The translations under genes were made by a program, and so were the position numbers. Shown in pieces: positions 7,227 to 13,441 of a stretch of 13,441 nt of DNA; positions within the stretch are counted from its first letter, which is position 1, and the number at the start of each line of letters is the position of its first letter. This DNA is from Candidatus Sericytochromatia bacterium. Lineage in GTDB: Bacteria > Cyanobacteriota > Sericytochromatia > S15B-MN24 > UBA4093. The stretch is from the NCBI GenBank assembly GCA_036676495.1, contig JAKFCT010000096.1, positions 1-13,441 of the forward strand, given 5' to 3'. The notes beneath the pieces are model-generated. The model did no database searches. It saw nothing but the letters and a program-made list of their open reading frames with translations, and was not told where the DNA came from.

Positions 7227-7529
7227 CTACCTCGGCACTTGATTAAAAGAGTCGATTACAGAAGGAATTGCATAACAACTCATTAGCACTCGCGCTCCAG
7301 CAAGTCCAACCGTAGCAAGCATACACGCCACAAAATAAGGCGGCGCTACAAGGGCGGGCCAACATTGTTGTGTTCCTGACACAAGCGGCCAACCACCGTT
7401 CCAAAGCAAACAAAACCACGGAATTGCCGGAAGATTTTGAGTGTTGTAATTGCTCGCAAGGGGTAATGAAGCTGACAATTCTTGCTTAATCTTCGAATTT
7501 ACGTCGGCCAGCATTTCATCCGAAATCAC
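7227..7529 (-). CDS. Hydrophobic 4-Cys peptide domain; probable 3' half of a frameshifted gene with 7537-7935
   Basis: No SD before GTG 7529; its frame is open back to ~7553, overlapping the upstream ORF end; contains C-x15-C-x12-C-x15-C in a hydrophobic region after ...SNYNTQ. Confidence 0.6.
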   Translation of the reverse strand: MISDEMLADVNSKIKQELSASLPLASNYNTQNLPAIPWFCLLWNGGWPLVSGTQQCWPALVAPPYFVACMLATVGLAGARVLMSCYAIPSVIDSFNQVPR

Positions 7530-7536
7530 CGGCGGA

Positions 7537-7935
7537 CTAGCGAAGCGCGGCCTCTAAGTCGGGAATGGCATTAAAATTATCGATATGTTCCGCCGGAATC
7601 TGGAAGTCGATACTCCTAGTCCCCACTGGCGTAACAACCATATATCTGATCGTATCAATCTTACCCGACCCGTTCGCATCCAGAGCTCGATCGTAGAAAA
7701 TACTAAATGAATTTTCGTCCAGGCTTTGAATTCGTTGTTCATCTAATGATGCGCGCCGAACACTGATGTCACCCATATTCTGAACACTAATGTGAATTCC
7801 CGAAGTAACCTCCGGAACGACTTCCGATTGGATTATAGGGACACGAGGCTCCTGTAGAGGAAGGCCTGCTTGGGGTGACGTGCAGGACACCGTTGAGAAA
7901 AGTGCTACGAGTGCTATCGCTATTGCTTTTTTCAT
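7537..7935 (-). CDS. Lipoprotein; probable 5' half of a ~235-aa precursor (7227-7935) split by a one-base frameshift
   Basis: SD AAAGG, signal MKKAIAIALVALFSTVS-C. Removing one base near 7540-7553 fuses ...IPDLEAA to FASPPVISDEML... Confidence 0.7.
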   Translation of the reverse strand: MKKAIAIALVALFSTVSCTSPQAGLPLQEPRVPIIQSEVVPEVTSGIHISVQNMGDISVRRASLDEQRIQSLDENSFSIFYDRALDANGSGKIDTIRYMVVTPVGTRSIDFQIPAEHIDNFNAIPDLEAALR

Positions 7936-8019
7936 ATATGCCTTTTCTATTCTGCGATAAGTCTGTAAACCAATGGGCTATTCCTGCAGGAGACCCTCTC
8001 ACACTTGGGGAAACAACCA

Positions 8020-8063
8020 AGTATGATATTATGGATTATGATGTCAAGAAAATTCAACGTCAA
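8020..8063 (-). promoter_or_regulatory. Two overlapping sigma70-type promoters for the island operon
   Basis: TTGACG(8063-8058)-17-CATAAT(8040-8035) and TTGACA(8047-8042)-16-CATACT(8025-8020). The inverted repeat TCACACTTGG-N8-CCAAGTATGA (7999-8026) overlaps the second -10. Confidence 0.6.
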
Positions 8064-8199
8064 CAGTGATGGGGGCTTTTGGTGAGGAAGCATGATCGAT
8101 TCGCCTCCAGTAACCGTTCATGGGGTCTAATTTTGGCGCTATCACTTGATCCTAGTGACGTTAAAGAAGGGGCTGATTTTAGGCGAGGAGGGCTAAAGC

Positions 8200-8366
8200 C
8201 AGGCAAATACGTGGATGAGAGCAGCTTGAACCGCTTCTTGAAATACCGGACACGACCTCGATGCCCCAGCGCAAAGGCACCAAGCGAAGCACCGTGGGCA
8301 CGTTCACCAGCACGGAGCATATCCAGCACTTCATGTCATCCCGGTTGGCCTGGAACCGAAGACTGA
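8200..8366 (+). pseudogene. Possible eroded C-terminal fragment of a tyrosine integrase
   Basis: Fragments HDL (8251), GH (8296) and HVIP (8332) in one frame and KAPSEA in another, echoing HDLR...KxVSExLGH...YxHVxP; sits just before att-like sequence. Weak. Confidence 0.25.
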
Positions 8367-8432
8367 CTTTGCCCCTTCATTTGCTTCTAATTTAGAGGTT
8401 GAGGAAGGTCTCAATTTCGCTTAATTTGGAAG

Positions 8433-8477
8433 GTTCGATTCCCGTAGGGGTACTAGGCACCCCTACGGGAATCGAAC
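8433..8477. repeat. Perfect 19-bp inverted repeat of a tRNA T-arm/3'-end fragment
   Basis: GTTCGATTCCCGTAGGGGT-actaggc-ACCCCTACGGGAATCGAAC; each arm reads T-loop + T-stem + acceptor start, tRNA-Glu-like and not matching this tRNA-Val. Confidence 0.9.
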
Positions 8478-8523
8478 TAAGGGCGCCTTACTATGGATCA
8501 TAAGGATGTCGAAATGGTTCTAA

Positions 8524-8544
8524 GTTCGTCCAGCCAAGCCCACT
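8524..8544 (+). repeat. Degenerate attR-like copy of the tRNA-Val 3' end
   Basis: GTTCG--TCCAGCCAAGCCCACT vs tRNA 5871-5893 GTTCGAATCCAGTTACGCCCACT (18 of 23 positions), immediately followed by a terminator. Confidence 0.7.
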
Positions 8545-8583
8545 GCCCCGGAAGCGAGACATCGCTTCCGGGGCTTTTGCTTT
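8545..8583 (+). terminator. Rho-independent terminator (probably the original tRNA terminator; may also end the convergent cytochrome transcript)
   Basis: GCCCCGGAAGCGA-gaca-TCGCTTCCGGGGC perfect 13-bp stem + TTTTGCTTT. Confidence 0.85.
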
Positions 8584-8607
8584 GAGGGAGCGAATTCCGC
8601 AAGCCTC

Positions 8608-9096
8608 TCATCGGCCCGAGGCATGCCCCTTCAGCATTGCGCCCAGGCGCCCGCGATTCTTCGGGACCAGGAAGAGCATGGCCAGGTGCACGGCGACGAA
8701 GGCCGCGAGCGCCAAGGCGCCGTAGCCATGGCCGTTGCGCAGGAGGCTCTTGAGGAACTTGCCCATCGGCAGCGCATAGCGAAGCTCGAGCAGGACCCCG
8801 CTCACGGCGAGGAAGGCCAGGACGACCTGCGTATAGCGTAGCGCGAGGCGCTGCCCCGGGTTCCATCCATGCGCCGGGGCCGATCGCTTCCAGAGTGCGA
8901 GGTAGAAGGCGCAGCCTCCGAACAAGAGCAGGCCCCCGATCCAGACGTGAGCCCAGGCGATCGCATTGACTCCCAGCACTTCCCACTCGTCGTCGCCACG
9001 CCAAATGAACCATCCCGAGGCACCCAGGAGGCTCACGGCGATCGCCGTCGTCCAGTGCAAGAGGCGATCCGCGAGACTGAAACGTTCGGCCTTCAT
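8608..9096 (-). CDS. Di-heme cytochrome b, FdnI/HyaC-like (162 aa from ATG 9096)
   Basis: RFSLADRLLHW, AWAHVW, WNPGQR (NxGQK-like), HGYGALALAAFVAVH: four His ligands in 4 TM segments; SD GAGG just after the cytochrome c stop. Confidence 0.85.
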   Translation of the reverse strand: MKAERFSLADRLLHWTTAIAVSLLGASGWFIWRGDDEWEVLGVNAIAWAHVWIGGLLLFGGCAFYLALWKRSAPAHGWNPGQRLALRYTQVVLAFLAVSGVLLELRYALPMGKFLKSLLRNGHGYGALALAAFVAVHLAMLFLVPKNRGRLGAMLKGHASGR

Positions 9097-9104
9097 GAGG
9101 GCCT

Positions 9105-9488
9105 CTACCGGACGTACTTCTTCACATGGGCCTGCCATGTGGACGGCACGGCACCGAAACCGCGGTCAGGCAGCTGCTGCACGAAGGCCAGCAGGTCGTT
9201 CAGCTCCGGGGTGGAGAGGCTCATCTCCTGATACTTGAGGAACTTGAGCGTCTTCTTCTGGATCTTGGCCTCGTTGAAGCGCTCGTTCACGAGATCCGGG
9301 ATGTCCTTTCCCTTGAACGTCTCGTTCGTCGTCAGGCCCGCCGGGTGACAGGTCATGCAAGCCTTGCCGTTGGCTCCCTTGGTCATGAAGATCTTCTTGC
9401 CGTTTTCCACGTTTCCGCTGAAGGCGAAGGCTGGGGATGCGAGCGACGCCACCAAGGCGGCGAGGGGGACGAGGTGCAATCCGTTCAT
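9105..9488 (-). CDS. Secreted monoheme cytochrome c (127 aa from ATG 9488)
   Basis: SD AAGGAGG; signal peptide ending AFA; GNVENGKKIF...CMTCH; candidate axial Met in YQEMS; C-terminal 'ELNDLLAFV' helix. Confidence 0.9.
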   Translation of the reverse strand: MNGLHLVPLAALVASLASPAFAFSGNVENGKKIFMTKGANGKACMTCHPAGLTTNETFKGKDIPDLVNERFNEAKIQKKTLKFLKYQEMSLSTPELNDLLAFVQQLPDRGFGAVPSTWQAHVKKYVR

Positions 9489-9662
9489 CACTGCCTCCTT
9501 CTTTAGGAATGAAAGCGCTCCCGTTTCATCCCCATGTAAGCGACCGGCCGTGAAATCGCAGTGAAGTCCAAGAGTCGACGTCTCGTCATCCTCCACGCCC
9601 AGCGGATCCTACCGGCGGTCAAAGCGTCGTCGTGAGGGTCGGGACGCCACGCCGGCGGTCGA

Positions 9663-9671
9663 GGTATACTG
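9663..9671 (+). promoter_or_regulatory. -10 element (GGTATACTG) upstream of the kinase
   Basis: TATACT at 9665-9670, ~85 nt before the start; the same 9-mer occurs at recA and the YdjC-family gene. Confidence 0.45.
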
Positions 9672-9756
9672 GCATGGTCGGCCGCTTTTCCTCGGCTCGA
9701 CCTGTCGACATCAACGGAACGCGCAGCGAAACCCACGGCATGGTTTCGGGGAGTGA

Positions 9757-11004
9757 GTGACGGTGACGATCCCAGCTAGCACGACTGATCCGGTCTACAT
9801 GAGGGGCATGGAGCGCCTCGTCGAGGTGATCCAGGAACTCTCGATGGCGCGTAGCCTCGAGCGCGTGATGGAAATCGTGCGGCACGCGGCGCGCGAGATC
9901 GTGGGGGCGGACGGCGCCACCTTCGTGCTACGCGATGGAGAGCAGTGTTACTACGCCGATGAAGAGGCGATCGCCCCGCTCTGGAAGGGACGCCGCTTCC
10001 CCCTCGATGCCTGCATCAGCGGCTGGGCGATGCGCAACAAGGCCTCGGTGCGCATCGAGAACATCTACGAGGACGCGCGCATTCCCCTGGAAGCTTACGA
10101 GCCGACCTTCGTGCGCAGTCTGGTCATGGTGCCGATCCGGCAACTGGACCCGATCGGGGCCATCGGAACGTACTGGGCCGGCCGGCACGCGGCCCCCGAC
10201 TACCAGGTCCGGCTGCTCCAAAGCCTCGCCGACAGCACGTCGATCGCCTTGGAAAACGTCTCGATCCTGCAGGACCTCGACCAGCGGATCCGGGCACGCA
10301 CCGCCGAACTCGAAGCCGCCAACCTCGAACTCGGTGCCTTCAATTCAGCCGTGTCGCATGACCTGCGCAATCCGCTCAATGCCATCCTGGGCTTCTCGGA
10401 GTTCCTCTTGATGAGCAATGGCGAGCAGCTCTCGCCCCAGGTGAAACAGGGGCTGGAAACCATCGCCCGGTCATCAGGCAGAATGCGGCACCTCATTGAA
10501 GATCTGATGCGGCTTTCGTCGGTGGCCTACGGAGAGCTGAAGCACGAGTCCGTCGACCTTTCAGCACTGGCCGGCGGGATCTTGGATGAGTTTCGGCATG
10601 CGGATCCCGAGCGTTCCGTGCAGGTCCAGGTGGAGCCCGGCCTGGTCGTGACCGGGGATCCGGGGCTCTTGCAGATCGCCCTGACGAACCTGCTCTCCAA
10701 TGCGTGGAAATACAGCTCCCAAGAGCAGGAGTCGCGCATCGAGGTCGGGCGCAAAACGGTCGACGGCGAGGCCGTTCTGTTCGTTCGGGACAACGGCATC
10801 GGCTTTGACATGGCGCAAGCCGATCGCCTGTTTCGCTCCTTTGCGCGTCTCAACTCGAGCAAGGAGTTCCAGGGGACGGGGATCGGGTTGGTGACGGTGC
10901 GACGCATCATCGAGCGCCATGGCGGTCGCATTTGGGCCGAGAGTCAACCGGGAATGGGAGCGACCTTCTTCTGGACCTGCCCCAACGCCGCCACGCCTCA
11001 GTGA
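9757..11004 (+). CDS. Cytoplasmic GAF-domain sensor histidine kinase
   Basis: N-terminal GAF (ADGATFVL...GRRFPLDACISGWAM...RSLVMVPI...GAIGTYW), H-box SHDLRNPL, N-box NLLSNAWKY, G1 DNGIGF, G2 GTGIGL, GATFF. No TM segment, no receiver. Start could be 9763. Confidence 0.95.
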   Translation: MTVTIPASTTDPVYMRGMERLVEVIQELSMARSLERVMEIVRHAAREIVGADGATFVLRDGEQCYYADEEAIAPLWKGRRFPLDACISGWAMRNKASVRIENIYEDARIPLEAYEPTFVRSLVMVPIRQLDPIGAIGTYWAGRHAAPDYQVRLLQSLADSTSIALENVSILQDLDQRIRARTAELEAANLELGAFNSAVSHDLRNPLNAILGFSEFLLMSNGEQLSPQVKQGLETIARSSGRMRHLIEDLMRLSSVAYGELKHESVDLSALAGGILDEFRHADPERSVQVQVEPGLVVTGDPGLLQIALTNLLSNAWKYSSQEQESRIEVGRKTVDGEAVLFVRDNGIGFDMAQADRLFRSFARLNSSKEFQGTGIGLVTVRRIIERHGGRIWAESQPGMGATFFWTCPNAATPQ

Positions 11005-11115
11005 GGCATCTGCCCAGGTAGGCCCGGCCTGAACATCGGCCCAGCCCACTTGAGCGCCGAGTTTGGGTCATCCGGAAACGGTGACATGAGGATCCGGTTC
11101 CGCCTTCTCCGATCC

Positions 11116-11124
11116 GGTATACTG
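11116..11124 (+). promoter_or_regulatory. -10 element (GGTATACTG) upstream of the YdjC-family gene
   Basis: TATACT at 11118-11123, ~30 nt before ATG 11155; supports the shorter start. Confidence 0.5.
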
Positions 11125-11154
11125 AGCGTGCAGCCGATCTGTCGAGAGTATGCC

Positions 11155-12198
11155 ATGCGTCCGAACATCCAACTCCTGGTCTTGATTACCGTGCTGGTAT
11201 CCGGGTGTTTGCCCGTCTGGAGCCGGCAAGCCGCCCAGTCCGAGGTTCCTGCGCACCCCACGGCGCCGCGTGCCTTGATCGTGAACGCCGATGACCTGGG
11301 GTTGAGCGAGGGCGTCACCAATGGCATCGTGCAGGCATGGCGCGAGGGGGTGGTGACCTCCACGTCGGCCCTCGTCAATCTCGAGGGGGCCATGGAGCGC
11401 ATCGTCTCGGCTCATCAGACGAATCCTCGCCTCCCGATTGGGCTGCACCTCAACGTTACGACCGGACGTCCGGTCTTGCCTCCCAGCCAGATCCCCACCC
11501 TGGTGGATTCAAAGGGCTATTTCTACGATCGTGATGCGCTCATCGAGCGGGCTCCTGACATTTCGCTCGCCGAGTTGAAGGCCGAACTGCGTGCGCAAGG
11601 AGAGCGGCTTCAGGCGGCAGGTATCCGCATCGATCACCTGGATTACCATGAGGGGATCTTGTTTCTATATTCCCCTTTCTTCCAGGTCGTCCGGGAGCTG
11701 GCTCGTGAATGGGCCGTTCCGGTGCGCCATCCGGTTCCCGAGACCCTTTACGGGCGCGTCACTTTTCCGGGGGGCGGAGGAAACTCCGGAATGATCTGGA
11801 AAATGATCGCCTTCGGGATCCTCCACCCCTTTCGTGCCTGGCAGATGATGCCGCACATGACCCCGGATGCCTACAAGCGACAAGCCGCCCTGCTCGCCGA
11901 AGAACGAACCCCAACGCCCGTCAGCTTCCTCGACGGCTTCTTTGGAGTCGCCACGGTCGAGGGCTTTGTCGGGATGTTGCCCCAACTCCCGCCGGGTATC
12001 AACGAGGTGGCCGTGCATCCTGGTCTCGTGGATGAGCCCCTGCGCAAATGGGGGGGCGGTTACGTGCAGTTGCGGGAGGCCGAGTTGGCCGTTCTGCTGG
12101 ATCCGCGCTTAAGGGAGGCGCTCGTCAGGAATCAGGTCGAACTGACGACCTTCTCCTCGCTCACCTCAAGGCCGGACGTCGTATCCGGCCGGCGCTAA
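11155..12198 (+). CDS. ChbG/YdjC/HpnK-family carbohydrate deacetylase with lipoprotein signal (347 aa)
   Basis: LIVNADDLG, GVVTSTS, IGLHLN, DHLDYH, EVAVHPG, REAEL motifs; N-terminus MRPNIQLLVLITVLVSG-C; SD GAGAG. Confidence 0.9.
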   Translation: MRPNIQLLVLITVLVSGCLPVWSRQAAQSEVPAHPTAPRALIVNADDLGLSEGVTNGIVQAWREGVVTSTSALVNLEGAMERIVSAHQTNPRLPIGLHLNVTTGRPVLPPSQIPTLVDSKGYFYDRDALIERAPDISLAELKAELRAQGERLQAAGIRIDHLDYHEGILFLYSPFFQVVRELAREWAVPVRHPVPETLYGRVTFPGGGGNSGMIWKMIAFGILHPFRAWQMMPHMTPDAYKRQAALLAEERTPTPVSFLDGFFGVATVEGFVGMLPQLPPGINEVAVHPGLVDEPLRKWGGGYVQLREAELAVLLDPRLREALVRNQVELTTFSSLTSRPDVVSGRR

Positions 12199-12219
12199 TC
12201 CCGGGAGGGTTTGGCTTCT

Positions 12220-12921
12220 TCACCAGACCCCAGGGAACAGGCGGTAGCGAACCTGCTTTCGGTAGTCGTCATAGCCTTCCAGCTGGTCTGCCAGCAGGCG
12301 TTCTTCTCCGAGGATGCGGAGGGCAAGCACGGCGATGATCAAGAGACCGAGCGCCAGCCCCCACCGTGAGCCGAGCAACAGCGGCGCTCCGAGGGTCATG
12401 GCGGTCGCCCCCAGGTACATCGGGTGGCGCACGAGGCGATAGACCCCTGACGAGACGACCTGCTGTCCGCGCTCCGCTTGAATCCGGACCATGGCGGAAG
12501 CGAACGTGTTGTCGGCCACGGCCCGGAACATGAAGAAGGATCCCAGCAGCAGCAGGACGCCCCCCAGCACCTGCCAGGCGACGGGGAAACCCGCCGTCCA
12601 GTGAAAGCGCCTGGCATCCAGGGGCATCAGGACGAACCACGCCATGAAGAGCACGGTGATGGCGACGAGGGCGACGCGATCCCAGGTCGGCTCTCCGCCC
12701 GTCCCGGGCCGGCGCGAGCGCTCGGCGAGCAAGGCGGGATCGCGCACGTAGAGGTAGCTGAGCGTCGCGAGGCAGAAGCCCGAGAACCACAGGCCGAAGG
12801 CCCAACCCGCGCCCCAGCGCCAATCCCCTCCCAAGCCCACGACCAGGATCGGGTACACGAACTGGCAAACGATCGCCAGGAAGAACTTCGGAAAGCTGGG
12901 ACGGCGGGGCGCGTCGGCCAT
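12220..12921 (-). CDS. Isoprenylcysteine carboxyl methyltransferase (ICMT/PEMT)-family membrane protein (233 aa from ATG 12921)
   Basis: SD GGGAGG; DPALLAERS, DARRFHW, NTFASAMVRIQAERGQQVVSSGVYRLVRHPMY, EERLL..QLEGYDDYRKQVRYRLFPGVW. Confidence 0.93.
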   Translation of the reverse strand: MADAPRRPSFPKFFLAIVCQFVYPILVVGLGGDWRWGAGWAFGLWFSGFCLATLSYLYVRDPALLAERSRRPGTGGEPTWDRVALVAITVLFMAWFVLMPLDARRFHWTAGFPVAWQVLGGVLLLLGSFFMFRAVADNTFASAMVRIQAERGQQVVSSGVYRLVRHPMYLGATAMTLGAPLLLGSRWGLALGLLIIAVLALRILGEERLLADQLEGYDDYRKQVRYRLFPGVW

Positions 12922-13177
12922 GAGTTCCTCCCGCGCGCGGCGCTGACGCGCGTTCCTCCCGCATGGTAGGCGAAAAGGCGACAATCCGGATCGGCCAGAT
13001 CTTGCGAGAGATCTCGTTGACCGTGCTTTCGCGCGCACTCCTTCGGCACGAGGGAGCGTCTATCCCACCAGGGAACGATAAATCGGCCACTATGATCGAT
13101 AGTTCTTCCATTGATGCGCGTTGCCCGTCTCTGCGAAGCTGGAGATTCGTGAATTTCCCCGCTTTTTAGGAGATCGC

Positions 13178-13441
13178 ATGTCACGCATTCTTCTCACCGC
13201 CTTGCTGGGCGTGGGCTTGCTCACCGGCTGCCCCGCGCCAGGAGCCGACACTTCCGACAAGCCGGGCGAGACGCCGCCCTTCAAGACGCAAACGAGCCTC
13301 ACGCTCAGCCTCTCGGGGGCCGTCCTCCGGGTGGCCCAGGTCGAGACGGCGCTCTTCAAGCTCGAAGGGGATACGGAAGTGGCCGTGCCCAGTACCGCCC
13401 TCACGCATGACCGGGGCGAGCTGCCTCGGGCCCTTCCCTTG
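13178..13441 (+). CDS. Lipoprotein, partial (runs off the window)
   Basis: Not in the ORF track. SD AGGAG; MSRILLTALLGVGLLTG-C-PAPGADTSDKPGETPPFKTQTSLTLSLSG... open to the window end. Confidence 0.8.
   Translation, partial: MSRILLTALLGVGLLTGCPAPGADTSDKPGETPPFKTQTSLTLSLSGAVLRVAQVETALFKLEGDTEVAVPSTALTHDRGELPRALPL

Larger units (their letters stand above)
5871..8544. mobile_element. Degraded low-GC genomic islet integrated at the tRNA-Val 3' end
   Basis: GC drops from ~70% to ~40% (spot counts). Flanked by the tRNA 3' end (5871-5893) and a degenerate direct copy (8524-8544) followed by a terminator. No intact integrase. Confidence 0.75.

Noticed and set aside
5160-7529. C39-like peptidase as the maturation protease of the island peptide
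   Set aside because: The peptidase has host GC, lies outside the att boundaries and is not ABC-fused, and the precursor has no double-glycine leader; adjacency is probably coincidental.
8020-8047. dif/XerCD site
   Set aside because: TTATG is present but the XerD arm (TTATGTTAAAT) does not match; better explained as promoters.
8079-8366. 95-aa + strand ORF as an intact gene
   Set aside because: Low-complexity S/P/R-rich translation with no family motif; at best mixed-frame pseudogene debris.
8433-8477. Second tRNA gene
   Set aside because: Only T-loop and partial acceptor sequence; no D or anticodon arm on either strand.
12922-13177. Riboswitch or sigma54/sigma28 promoter in the divergent intergenic region
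   Set aside because: Only short hairpins and partial matches without correct spacing.

Overview
High-GC bacterial chromosome segment (about 65-70% GC by spot counts) interrupted by an ~2.6 kb low-GC island (about 40% in its core). Left arm: 5' part of recA (minus strand, runs off the window) with a 19-bp-periodic tandem array in its leader, a 59-aa gene absent from the ORF track, thiL, and a three-gene operon. That operon encodes a YfiM/DUF2279-like protein, an Asp-box beta-propeller lipoprotein, and an unusual protein with three tandem MshEN c-di-GMP-binding modules placed before an internal lipobox signal peptide and a C39-like cysteine peptidase. Centre: tRNA-Val(CAC) with a consensus promoter and terminator, then an island bounded by a degenerate copy of the tRNA 3' end (8524-8544). 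The island carries a minus-strand operon: a frameshift-split lipoprotein ending in a symmetric C-x15-C-x12-C-x15-C hydrophobic hairpin (bacteriocin/pro-toxin-like), a long RNA hairpin, a rhodanese-like lipoprotein and a 3-TM membrane protein. It also holds possible integrase debris and a perfect palindrome of a different tRNA's 3' end. Right arm: cytochrome c + cytochrome b pair, GAF histidine kinase, lipoprotein-type YdjC deacetylase, ICMT-family methyltransferase and the start of another lipoprotein. All calls are from reading the sequence; no database searches were run.
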